Part shown: piece by piece, positions 1 through 11,272 of the stretch | Position numbering within the stretch: position 1 is the stretch's first letter | Layout: each line of letters begins with the position of its first letter | Assembly (NCBI RefSeq): GCF_004010195.1 | Contig: NC_057757.1 | Location: 9,839,154 to 9,872,779 of the forward strand | DNA from: Chiloscyllium plagiosum | Taxonomy: Eukaryota | DNA: 33,626 bases | Reading direction: 5' to 3' | Translations under genes and position numbers: made by a program | The notes under the pieces: model-generated | Told to the model about the DNA's origin: nothing | Database searches by the model: none | The model's input: the letters and a program-made list of their open reading frames with translations, nothing else

Positions 1-1108
1 CAGTCATACTGATTGTGAAGCTTAATGGGTTGGTTCACCTTTGTAAGGATTTTAAACAAATGGTAACCTGCTTCTCATGGCTGGATAAATACCAATCCTT
101 TGCATAGAGGATTTATACTCAAAGCTGGCAGGGCGACTGTCCTTCACGTAGCTGGACATGAGCCATGCGTACCTGCGATTGTGGTTAGATGAGGATTGCC
201 AGAAGTATGGGATAATTAATACCAAAAAGGTTTGTACCAATTTACAAGACTGCCACTTCGGGTATCATCAATCTGTGCAATCTTTCAGCAGATGATAGAG
301 AATATTTTACAAGGTCTACCCTAGCTCACTATTTATGAGATGATGTGATAATAGAAGGGAAGACCAATAAGGAGCACTTAGACAACTTGGACATAGTCCT
401 TTGATGTTTCTCCCAGGTGGTTGTATGCCTTAGAAGGGAAAAATGTATATTCTAGGCACCCCAAGTGACCTGCTTGAGCTACCCAGTAAACAAGATCGGG
501 TTACACCCATTAGAAGATAAAGTGAGGACGAGTAAAGGTGGCCTAGCTCCCATGCCTGTACTAGAGCTTAGGTCTTGCCTTGTGCTGGGGAATTATTACA
601 GAAAGTTAATACATAACCCAGCCTCTATCCTGGTACCTTTGCATCAACTCTTTAAAAAGGGTCAACATTGGAAATGGTCGCATAGCCAAGCCATAGCTTT
701 GAGGGAAGTGAAGGAACAGCTATCAACATCTAAGATGTTGGCACACTATGATCCCAAGCAAGATCTAATATTGACATACAATGCCTTTCCACATAGTATT
801 ATGGTAACATTAGCTCATAGGCGGCTCAATGGAGAGGAACGCTCAATAGCATATGCTTGCAGAACATTGGCTAATGCAGGATGCGAATACGGCCAGTTGA
901 AGATGGAATGTTTGGTGGTCATATTTGGAGTCAAGAAATTGCACCCATACCTTTACGGATGTAAGTTTGTAATAATAACGGACCACAAATTCCTGCTCGG
1001 TCTACTTAGAGAGGACAAGGCAGTGCTGCCTGTAGCTTCAGGCCAAATTTAGCAGTGGGCTCTAATACCAACCACGTACAATTACAAGTTGGAATACTAT
1101 CGTCCTGA
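1..1108 (+). mobile_element. Degenerate Ty3/Gypsy LTR-retrotransposon pol fragment (RT plus RNase H), truncated at the window edge
   Basis: Manual translation across stops and frameshifts gives RT motifs (LCKDFKQMV, IEDLYSKLAG, LDMSHAYL, GLYQFTRLP, AIFQQMIENILQGL, DDVII). ORF 465-1052 gives the RNase H region (LAHYDP, ERSIAYACRTL, FGVKKLHPYLYGCKFVIITDHK), followed by QWAL..YNYKLEYYRP. Confidence 0.92.
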
Positions 1109-1231
1109 GATTAGAGATAAGATGTTAAATCTAAATGTTGCTTACTTAATATGTTTTTTTAATCATCTATGTGTGTTATTCCTAATTAACGTGATTAAAT
1201 CGTGATGATCATTTGTTTTCTTCTTTTGAAG

Positions 1232-1893
1232 GCTACCGGTTTTTCCCAAGTAAAGAAAACAGTTAATGGTCCTGGATCTGAAAGCGTTCCTCCAGGAAAG
1301 GACTCATCCACAAACAGTCAAGCAAAGCATTTTTCACTCAAAGATATGACAATCAGAATTGTCAAGTCACAAACAGGGATGACGGAGGGCATGCTGAGGA
1401 ACTGGCTCCTCAGGGAAAGCCTGTCCCAGCATCAGGGTTGGATGGGAGCAGTTCCTCAGTTACTGTTCACACCACGGTGCATCCATCCTTGAGAACAATG
1501 CCAGCAGATATGGTGACCAAAAGTGACATTGACACAAATGTCCACTCTGACCAAGCTGCTGTGGACTCATTATCAGCGTACAAAATGCCAGATCTGAAGA
1601 CCCCCTCCAGTCAGAGCCCTATGAAACAGCCAGATGGAGCTTGTCTGATCCAAGATGTCCAATCTGTGCACTTGCAATCTTACATACCATCCAATGCTAA
1701 CAGGCCTATTCAGTTCTACACCTCACCTTCTGATAAACCTCCAAATTACTACTTCTGGTACTGTCCTTACTGGCAGATTCAAAATAACCCCCTCTGTACT
1801 CCCATTGGCACAGGGCAATCTCCAGTCCCTCAAAACCCAGCAGAGATGTCGGAGCCAGCAGACGTGGAACCCACTGCCTTTGACCATGTCTGA
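1232..1893 (+). CDS. Putative terminal coding exon of an unidentified host gene (Ser/Pro-rich disordered C-terminus ending TAFDHV); 5' boundary uncertain (1232 with a frameshift, or 1296)
   Basis: Strong acceptor atttgttttcttcttttgaag|G at 1231/1232. Stop-free frame 1282-1893 (203 codons) in apparently non-repetitive DNA. AATAAA at 2194-2199. No family recognised. Confidence 0.55.
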
Positions 1894-1898
1894 ATGTG

Positions 1899-1965
1899 CT
1901 CATATCTCACCTATACCCGTGATGACAGGGCTCATACCTCGCCTATACCCGTGATGACAGGGCTC
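1899..1965. repeat. 32-bp tandem duplication
   Basis: ctcatatctcacctatacccgtgatgacaggg followed by ctcatacctcgcctatacccgtgatgacaggg. Confidence 0.9.
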
Positions 1966-2193
1966 TGTATGATATTTTCTTCCACATTCCTGATCCTCAC
2001 ATCTCCAAGAAGGAGCTGCTGAGTGTGCCAGATGAAGACTGTGAGTTCTGGGGCACGCTGCATTTCACTGGGATAGATGCTGCTCAGGAGCTATTAAGTA
2101 AGCAGAGGTTCAGGGACACTTCCACGAAAATCCTGTCTGAGACAAAGATTGGAGACTCTTGGTGGGCTGAATGCATTGGCTAATGTTTACAGC

Positions 2194-2199
2194 AATAAA
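2194..2199 (+). promoter_or_regulatory. Candidate polyadenylation signal
   Basis: AATAAA about 300 nt downstream of the stop codon at 1893. Confidence 0.4.
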
Positions 2200-3236
2200 T
2201 ACATTTTAAAGAATTTAGCTTTAGCATTCTCAAAGATGTGTTGCTGGAACATGTGATAAAGTTGATTTGTTTAGATAAAGAATGGGAGTAAGGATTATCA
2301 CTGAAGGTTTAACCCTGGCTCGTCCACAACACACACAGTTCAGTGAAAATTTGAGTCAAAATTCAGCCTTTGTTAGGAAATGAGCAGGTTATGGTTCATA
2401 AAAGCCGTAAAATAAAAAGGCAAAGATTAAAGAGTGTTACTATTAATTTATCGGACACTTATATATGCTGTTGGAATAATGAGATTGTGAGAGTGGTGGA
2501 TATGGGGAAAGGTGGGGGATACCTCCTTGTTGGAGCTGGGTCTCCATTCATTAACCTGGTGACTTGGTTGAGAGAACATCTTTACCTCAGGCTAGATTAA
2601 CTGAGATAATGACCACTTACAAATCAGAGGAATTATTGAGTTTGGGGGTCACAAACTTGCACACATGTGCAATGACCAAACGGCAATGGGAAGCCTGTAT
2701 TTTAGTTTTGTGAGCCGTCCTTCTAAGGCCAAAGTGAACAGTAGCCAATCAAAAAGAGGGTTCATTGGTCTCCTATTATGACATAATCAGGCTCCAAGAA
2801 ATGGCCATGTGATCTCAGGTCATCATGAGAATGAGTAGCTCGGAAACAAAAGGTAAATAGTAAGCTCATTGCACTGGGGTTGATCCAGACAGCATTTTCT
2901 ATTTGGGAGTGCACTGGAAAATGAACGTAGTGAGGAAACAAAGCAAGGTTCTTTCCAAATGAAACAGTTGTCATTTTAGCAATCTTCAAATGAGTCCTGT
3001 TGTTGAAGCAATGCTCGCAGAGAAGAGCAGAATTTGTGTTACAATGTCTGCTATATTGTTTGAAAGAGCAGAGAGTGGAATCAATAAGGAGAAGGGATTT
3101 TCAACTGGATGATACCCATTTCTACTGTTAGAATGAGCCAAAACCCACCAGATTGTTGAAAGGGGTTTAAAAAAGGGAGTCTTTGGGGAGTTTGTACAAC
3201 TAGGACTGTTGCAATCTGAATGAGAGAGGGTTCATT

Positions 3237-3463
3237 GATAGAGTCATAGAGTCCTACAGCAGGCTGTTTGGCACAAACTCGTCCATGCTGACCAAAATGT
3301 CCATCCACGCTAACCTCATTACCCTACACTCGGCCTATATCCTTCTAAATCTTTCCTATCCATGTATTTGACCAAATGCCTATTAAATATTGTTAATTTA
3401 CCCACCTCAACCACTTCTGCTAGCAGTTCATTCCATATGCATGTAAATAAGTTGCCCCTAAGG
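3237..3463 (-). mobile_element. CR1 LINE 3' end fragment
   Basis: (gactctat)n-type tail; translation WNELLAEVVEVG..FNRHLVKYMDRKDLEGY matches the ORF2 C-terminus seen in other copies here. Confidence 0.85.
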
Positions 3464-4240
3464 TACAAAGATTCTATTTTCTCCTTCTCAAATTGCAGAG
3501 TAAGTTCAATCATATTATGATCACTGATTCCTAAGGGTTCCTTCACCTTAGGTTCCCTTTTCAAGCTTGCCTCATTGCACATCACTAAATCCGGTATTGC
3601 CTGTTCCCTGGTGGGCTCTACCACAAGCTGCTCCAAAAAGCCATTCTTGTAGACATTCCACAAATTCCTTTTCTTGCAATCCATGTCCCATGAATTCAAA
3701 CCCATTTCTACCACAGCAATCTCTGAGCCATGCATTACCTGTTTAATCTTATTGACCTGACTCTGGTCCCAGCATGGTTCAGATGAAGAGTGCTCCATCC
3801 GAACAGGTCCCTTATTCCCCAGTATTGATGCCAATGTCCCATGAATTCAAACCCATTTCTACCACAGCAATCTCTGAGCCATGCATTACCTGTTTAATCT
3901 TATTGACCTCATGCCAATTAGTTTGTGGCACAGGTAGTCATTCAGAGGTTATTATCTTTTTGGTTCTACTTTATAATTTAGCTCCCAACATTCCATACTC
4001 CCTTAGCAGAACCTCTGCCCTAGTTTTATTGATGGCGTTAGTATGTACCTGGACCACGACCACTGGATCTTTACCCTCCCATCCAAGGTCGTCTGCAGCC
4101 CAGATGAGATATCCCAAACCCAAGCACCAGGCAGGCAACACAGCCTCCGGGACTCTCGACCCTGGTCACAGAGGACAATGTCTGTGCATCTAACTATACT
4201 ATCCCCAATAACAACAACACTTGTCTTCTCTCCCTCCTTT
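3464..4240 (-). mobile_element. CR1 LINE 5' fragment: ORF1 SGNH/GDSL-esterase-like region joined by deletion to the C-terminal part of the APE endonuclease
   Basis: Minus strand reads VVVIGDSIVR and RLCCLPGA (CR1 ORF1 esterase motifs), then FLEQLVVEPTREQAIPDLV...LGISDHNMI (APE SDH motif). Confidence 0.85.
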
Positions 4241-4277
4241 TATTTGGATGCAAAATTGACAAAGTTGACAACAAATT

Positions 4278-5365
4278 AGGGTAACTGCCGGTGAATATTT
4301 TTTATGGGTGGAAAATGATTTCCAACGGTACTCCACAGGGATCAGTGTTATCTTCCATACTGCTTGTGGATATATGTTAATGAGTTAGACTTAAACGTGA
4401 GAGGAATTGAAGTGGATGTCAACAATGGGACGATAGCTGTAATTTGGTGAATGGGCAGAAAGGTGACCTTGGAAATTAATCTGAAGAAGGAAGATTTCCT
4501 CAGAGTAGAAGAGGACCTTGATCAGATGGGTTGATTGGCCAAGGAGTGGCAGATGGAGTTTAATTCAGATAAATGTGAGGTGCTGCATTTTGGAAAGGCA
4601 AAGCAAAGCAGGACTTATACACTTAATAGTTAGGTCCTGAGGAGTGTTGCTGAACAAAGAGATCTTGGAGTGCAGATTCATAGTTCCTTGAAAGTGGAGT
4701 CTTAGGTCGAGAAGATAGTGAAGAAGGTGTTTGGTCTGATTTCCTTTATTGGTCAGGGTATTGAGTACAGGAGTTGGGAGGTCATGTTGCTGCTGTATGG
4801 GACATTGTTAGGACTCTGTTGGAATATTGTATGCAATTCTGGTCTCCTTCCTGTAGGAAGGATATTGTGAAACTTGAAAGGGTTGAGAAAGATTTAGAAG
4901 GAAGTTGCTGGGGTTGGAGAGTTTGAGCTATAGGGAGAGGATGAATAGGCTTTCCCTGTTTTCCCTGGACTGTTGAAGGCTGAGGGGTGACCTTATATAG
5001 GTTTATAAAATCATGAGGAGCATGGATAGGATAAATAAAGATCTTTTTCCTGCGATGGGGGAGTTCAGAACTAGAGGGCATAGGTTTAGGGTGAGAGGGG
5101 AGAGATTTAAAAGAGAACTGAGGGGCAACATTTTCATGCAGAGGGTAGTACGTGTATAGAATGAGCTGCCAGAGGAAGTGGTGGAGGCTGGTATAATTAC
5201 AGGATTTAAAAGGCATCTGGATGGGTATATGAATAGAAAGGGTTTAGAGGGATATGAGCCAAGTGCTGGCAAATGGTACTAGATTAATTTTGGATATGTG
5301 GTCAGCATGGATGTATCGGACTGAGGGTCTGTTTCCGTGCTGTACAGCTCTGTGATTCTATGACT
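4278..5365 (+). mobile_element. Old CR1 RT fragment fused to a younger CR1 3' portion with tail
   Basis: WQMEFNSDKCEVLHFG, DLGVQIHSSLKVES and NELPEEVVEAG motifs; ends ctgtgattctatgact. Confidence 0.88.
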
Positions 5366-5371
5366 GTAAAT

Positions 5372-6236
5372 GAGGGTAATGGTTGGTGGATTTTTTTTAT
5401 GAGTACAAAGTAGTTTCCAGTGGTGTTCCACAGAGATGAGTGTTGTGTTCCATGCTGTTTGTGGATATGTGTTAATGAGTTAGACTTAAATGTGAGAGGC
5501 ATTCTTCGGAAATTTGTAGCCAACTTGAAGTGTATGAAGTGTAATTGGCAGTGAAGACGATGTCAACAATAGGAAGGTAACAGTGATTTGGTAAATGGGC
5601 AGAAAGGTGACACATGGAAATTCATCTGGAGAAACAAGGTTACCTCAGAGTAGAATAGGATCTTGACCAGATGGGCTGATGGGCCACGGAGTGGCAGATG
5701 GAGTTTATTTTAGATAAATGTGAGGTGTTGCATTTGAGGAGGGCAAAGGCAACAAGGGGATGCACCATAAGTGGGTGAGTATTGAGTAGAGTGGCAACAG
5801 TGGCTCCATGGTTAACACTGCTGCCTCACAGCACCATGGGGATCCAGGTTTAATTCCACTGTCTGCATGGATTTCCTCCAGGTGCTCCGCATTCATTCCA
5901 CAGTCCAAAGATACACAGGTTAGCCATGCTAAATTGCCCATAGTATCCAGGGATGTGCAAGCTCAGTAGATTAGCCATGGGAAATGCACGGTTACAGGAT
6001 TGGGATATGATAGGTTTGAGTGGGATGCTCTTCGGAAGGCCGGAGTGGATTGAGTAGGCCGAATGGCCTGCTTCAACACTGTAAGGATTCTAACACCTTC
6101 TGAGTGACAGGAGAGTGAGAGAGCTTTGGTTGCTCGTCCACAGGTCCATGAATGTGCAGGACAGGTAAATAAGGTGATTACATCAAAGGATATGGGCTAC
6201 TTTTCTTCATTTAGTGAGGCATTGAATATAAACAGC
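5372..6236 (+). mobile_element. Degenerate CR1 fragment interrupted by an HE1-like SINE
   Basis: 5372-5745 resembles 4278-4600; CR1-like sequence resumes at about 6100-6236 after the SINE. Confidence 0.7.
5790..6093 (+). mobile_element. HE1-like tRNA-derived SINE
   Basis: tRNA-like head (tggctccatggttaacactgctgcctcacagc), body cacagtccaaagat...gccatgctaaattgccc, CR1-like tail ggccgaatggcctg. Confidence 0.85.
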
Positions 6237-6523
6237 TCTAGGCATGGTCTTTTCAAGAGATCCTGTCTCCAGTGTTGCAAGATGATGATTGATCTATTGT
6301 GCTCCATCAGGTTAGATAATGCTCTTGGCTCAATGCTTAATGCTCCAATAGGTGTGAGATAGAATTGTAAGGTTGCTATTGGAGAGCAGAGGCTCACAAG
6401 AGGATTGAGTGCCAGGTATTGCTGTCAGCTATCTCATGTGCAATCAATACCTATCCATGTAGTGATACGGTCTCTGACATACCTGCCTCAGATTCATACC
6501 ACTCAGCAGTTTGTGTGCCACCA

Positions 6524-6780
6524 CAGAATCCTTACAATACAGATAGAGACCATTCAGCCCATTGTGTCAATGCTGACCATCCAAAGAGCATCCCACTCAC
6601 ACCCTGCACCTCCATATTTATCAAGGTCAATCCACCGAACCTGCACATCTTTGGACTGTGGGATGAAATCCTCACAGGCACAGGGAGAACGTGCAAACTC
6701 CACACAGCCAGTTACCTGAGGGTGGAATCGAACCCAGGTCCCTGGCACTGTGAGGCAGCCATGTTAACCACTGGGCCACT
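6524..6780 (-). mobile_element. HE1-like SINE (internally deleted)
   Basis: Reverse complement has A box gtggcccagtgg and B box ggttcgattcc, plus the ctgcacatctttggactgtggg core. Confidence 0.85.
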
Positions 6781-7323
6781 GGATTTTCAACACATTCAAG
6801 AGCATTACACATCTGATAGCTTTTCATTAAAAGCTTGCATGCGGCAAAAATGCAAGCAGGTAAGATGGCTTTTTGGGTTGAGCCACTGTTCCAGGGAAAT
6901 TGCACGTGCAATTGACAGGTGTCAGCCAATATAGCTGCCTTGCCTGGACTGGTTTGACCCTGCCAGACATTACCCCCTGCTAACACTGTGAGTGTTACAA
7001 ATAACAGGCTGCATCTGACTAGGATTACTCATTAGCTGGCGAACATGTGGCAGTTTGCTCTTTACACTGTCATGATTTACACCAAAGAATAGTTTGTTTA
7101 TAAAAGGAGCAATGTTAGTGTTAGTGAGTAGGGTTATTTTCACTGGAACCTGGAGGATGATGTCTACTCTGTCAGTTCCATACATACAAAGTAAAGTTTG
7201 TGTACACAGTGGTTCTCTATTTTCCAATAAGGTTGTGTCCATGACATAATTCCAACAAATTCAGGTATTAATGAGTATTCATAACATGGCAATTCATGCA
7301 AAACAGATTTGTGATGACATAAT

Positions 7324-7425
7324 TCTAAAGAAGGGTCACTGACCCCAAAATGTTCAGTCTGCTTTTTCTCCACAGACGCTGACAGACCTGTTGAGCTTCT
7401 CCAGTGATTTCAGTTTTTGCTCCTG
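7324..7425 (+). mobile_element. Old short Penelope-derived element with decayed hammerhead-like motif
   Basis: ctaaagaagggtcactgaccccaaaatgtt followed by ctccacagacgctgacagacctgttgagcttctccag, similar to the element at 14109-14290. Confidence 0.6.
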
Positions 7426-7530
7426 ATGGTGGAGGTCAGGAAAGCTGAGGTCATTGCAAAACTTTAACATGCTGTCAGGAAATTAAACTCTTCCTTCCAA
7501 TCCAATGATAATCTGCTACTCTCCCTTCTG

Positions 7531-7892
7531 TATGGCAGTGGCTCAGTGGTTAGCATTTCTGCCTCACAGCGCCACAAACCCAGATTCGGTTCCATCCTGT
7601 GTGGAGGTTCCATCCTGTCTGTGTGGTGTTTGCATGTTCTCCCTGTGTCTAAGAGGATTTCCTCTGGATTCTCTGATTTCCTCCCACAGTCTGAAGATGT
7701 CCAGTATAGGTAGATTGGTCATGGGAAATTGCTCATAATGTCCAGAGATGTGCAGGCTAGGTGGGTTAGTCACTGAAAGTTCAGGTTGATAGGGATAAGG
7801 TAATGGGGTGGGTCTGGGTGGGATGCTCTTTTGGAGGGTCAGTATGGACTCAGTGGACAGAATGGTCTGCTTCCACACTGGAGGTATTCTGT
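7531..7892 (+). mobile_element. HE1-like SINE
   Basis: gtggctcagtggttagca...gcctcacagcgcca head, same body as other copies, tail gtctgcttccacactg. Confidence 0.85.
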
Positions 7893-7969
7893 GCAAAGCT
7901 AAGGCCAGCCTCAAATTATTCCACACAATATTTTCAATATTACAGGGGGTCATTGGCGACTTCCAAAGA

Positions 7970-8070
7970 AGAGTCACTGGACTTGAGATGTTATATCTGC
8001 TTTCCCTCCAGAGATTTTGCCAGTTTCTCAGAAATTTCCTTATTTCTTTCAGTTCTTCAACATTTTCACA
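7970..8070 (+). mobile_element. Highly decayed short Penelope-derived element
   Basis: ccaaagaagagtcactggacttgagatgtta...ccagagattttgccag parallels 7324-7425. Confidence 0.4.
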
Positions 8071-8554
8071 ATTCTTTTGTTTTATTTTATTAGAGATGTA
8101 TTGAGTTTCAGAGTGAGGTATGAAAAGTGCAAGTGTCTGCTTCAGCCAACAGATGGCATCATTACACTATCAATAAACATGTGAACAAGAACAACCTGGA
8201 CTATTGGACCATAAACTCTCCAGTCCACAATACTTGAGACCAAGATATTTTGATTTTTTTTTTCTGGATTATAGAATGATGTTAAAATGTATATCCACAT
8301 GATTGTCTACCAGAAAACAATATTGGTAAAAATATGCGTGAATTACGCTGTTTAAAATGCAGCAGTTTGAAAACCTTTAGCTACTAACTACAATAGGCTA
8401 TGCACTGTGGGAATGCAACTGTTGAATTAGTGTGCTTCATGATTTTCTACACATTAACCTACATCACAGAGAGTTCATATTAAGTCAGATATCTGGAGGT
8501 TTATCAACTGCTGTGTGCTCTAATATGACACACCAGACTCACATATACAGTTTA

Positions 8555-8851
8555 AGATTAGATTAGATTCCCTACAGTGTGGAAACAGGCCCTTCGGCCC
8601 AACAAGCCCACACCGACCCTCCGAAGAGTAACCCACCCCCCGTCTGACTAATGCACCCAACACTACGGGCAATTTAGCATGGCCAATTCACCTGGCCTGC
8701 ACATCTTTGGACTGTGGGAGGAAACTGGAGCACCTGGAGGAAACCCACACAGACACGGGGAGAATGTGCAAACTCCACACAGACAGTCGCCCAAGGCTAG
8801 AATCGAACCTGGGACCCTGGTGCTGCTAACCACTGAGCCACTGTACAACCC
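8555..8851 (-). mobile_element. HE1-like SINE
   Basis: (gatta)n tail; cacatctttggactgtgggaggaaac core; reverse-strand A and B boxes. Confidence 0.9.
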
Positions 8852-9019
8852 CAGGAATGTGCTCACTCAGAATATGATTACATTGCCATATAGTTGTCTT
8901 GCTGACTAATAAAGTGAGATGGGGAGCTCTTATATAGAACATCACATGTCATGATATCATCCAGCTGTCTTTAAGGTGTAGTGTACAATAATGGGCTGCT
9001 CTGGAAGTTTAGATCACAT

Positions 9020-10976
9020 GCAATCCTGGGGGAGCTGGCAGATTGAATACAAAATTGGCTTGATGGTAAGAAGCAGAGGGTAATAGTGGAAGAATGCTTG
9101 TCAGACAGGGAGGCCTGTGATCAATGGAGTGCCTCAGGGTTCAGTGCTAGGCTCATTACTGTTCAAAATCTGTATCAATGATTTGGATGAGAATGTACAA
9201 GACATGATTAGTAAGTTTGCCGAAGACACGAGGCAGTATCGTGGATAGTGAGCAAGGTTATCAGAAATTGCAGCAGGACCTCGATCAGCTGGGGAAGTGG
9301 GCCAAGAAATGGCAAATGGAGTTTAATAAATGTAAGTGTGAGGTCTTGCATTGTGGAAAGTCAAATCAAGGTAGGAGTTTCATGGTGAATGGTAGGGTCT
9401 TAAGGGGTGCAGTGGAACAGAGGGATCTTGGAGTTCAGATGCACAGTTCTCTGAAAGTAGAGTCACAGGTAGACAGGACAGAATTTTACATCATCTACAC
9501 TGCCAAGAATCTTACCATTAGCCCAGTACTCTTTATTCCTGTTGCTCCTTCCAGAGTGAATCACTCACATTTTTCCACATTAAACTTAATTTGCCACCTC
9601 TCAGCCCGGCTCTGCAGCTTATCTATGCCCCTTTGTAACCTGCAACATTCTTCAGCACCGTCCACAACTCCAAGCTAGGACTTTTTTGGCACACTGGCCT
9701 TCATCCTTTTGGCACACTGGCCTTCATCAAACAGGGCAGGGAGTATAGAAGTTGGGAAGTTATGTTGCAGTTATGTAGGATGTTGGTGAGGCTGCACTTG
9801 GAGTATTGCGTTCAGTTTTGGTCACCTTGCAATGGAAAGGATGTTATTAAACTGGAATGAGTGCAGAAGAAATTTACAAGGATGCTTCCAGGACTCAATG
9901 GGTTGAGTTATAAGGAGAGTTTGGACAATATAGAACATAGAAAATTACAGCGCAGCACAGGCGCTTTGGCCCTCAATGTTTCTCTGACCTGTGGAACCAA
10001 TCTGAAGCTACCCTATCTAACCCTCTGATTATCTTATATGTCTCAATTAAGTCATCTCTCAACCTTCTTCTCTTGAACGAAAACAGCCTCAAGTCCCTCA
10101 GCCTTTCCTCATGAGACCTTCGCTCCGTACTAGGCAACATCCTAGTAAACCTCCTTTGAACCCTTTCCAAAACTTCCACATCCTTCCCATAATGCGGTGA
10201 CCAGAACTGTACACAATATTCCAAGTGCGGCCGCACCAGAGTTTTGTACAGCTGCAATATGACCTCATGATTCCAAAAATCAATCTACCTATAAAAGCCA
10301 ACAAACCACATGCTTCTTAACAACCCCATCAAACTGGGTGGCAACTTTCATGGATCTATGTATATGGATACTGAGATCTCTCTGCTCATCTACACTGCCA
10401 AGAATCTTACCATTAGCCCAGTACTCTTTATTCCTGTTGCTCCTTCCAGGGTGAATCACCTCACATTTTTCCACATTAAACTTAATTTGCCACCTCTCAG
10501 CCCGGCTCTGCAGCTTATCTATGCCCCTTTGTAACCTGCAACATTCTTCAGCACCGTCCACAACTCCAAGCTAGGACTTTTTTCTTTAGAGCATAGGAGA
10601 CTGAGGGGGGAACCTTCTAGAAGTGAATGAGATCATGAGAGGCATGGATAGGGTGAATGCACTCAATATTTTTCCCAGAGCTGGGGAATCAAGGATTAGA
10701 GGGCATCAGTTTAAGGTTAGAGGGGAAAGAATAAAAGGTAACCTGAGGGACAACTTTTTTACACAGGGTGGTACACATATCGACTGAGCTGCCAGAGGAA
10801 ATGGTTGATGTGGGTTTATTAACAACATTTAAAAGTCATTTGAACAAATACATGGATAGGCAAGGTTTGGAAGGATATGGACCAAGTGCAGGGAAATAGG
10901 GTTAGCATGGACAGACATTTTGGTCAGTACGGATCAGTTTGACCCAAAGGGCCTGTCTCCATGTTATGACTCTATA
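9020..10976 (+). mobile_element. CR1 LINE (RT to 3' tail) interrupted by nested and duplicated inverted CR1 sequence
   Basis: GVPQGSVLG motif (ggagtgcctcagggttcagtgctagg) and QQDLDQLGKWAKKWQMEFN; host sequence resumes at gctaggacttttttctttagag (10570); tail tatgactctat. Confidence 0.88.
9929..10569 (-). mobile_element. Nested CR1 LINE 3' fragment in opposite orientation
   Basis: ORFs 9973-10257 (LYKTLVRPHLEYCVQFWSP) and 10289-10561; (gttctat)n tail at 9929-9942. Confidence 0.9.
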
Positions 10977-11112
10977 ATACGACATCTCCCTTTTCTCTTT
11001 GAAGAATGGAATACCTGCTAAATCCGACAAATATATATAAGGACGCACATCAGTATTTAATCTTTATACATTAAGATAAATCTTTGTGGATGTCCAACAC
11101 AAATGTATCAAG

Positions 11113-11272
11113 TCGAAATTTCGGGCAAGAGCCTTTCGTCATAAATTCCTGACGAAGGGCTCTTGCCCGAAATGTTGATTCTCCTGCTCCTCGGATGCTG
11201 CCAGACCTGCTGTACTTTTCCAGCACCACATTCTCGACTCTAATCTCCAGCAACTGCAGTCCTCACTTTTGC
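11113..11272 (+). mobile_element. Short Penelope-derived insertion with inverted double hammerhead motif; 15-bp TSD
   Basis: TSD cacaaat(g/a)tatcaag at 11098-11112 and 11273-11287; palindrome at 11113-11177. Confidence 0.85.

Noticed and set aside
1891..2040. SECIS element after the TGA stop
   Set aside because: ATGA is present, but there is no correctly spaced apical AA loop or helix II.
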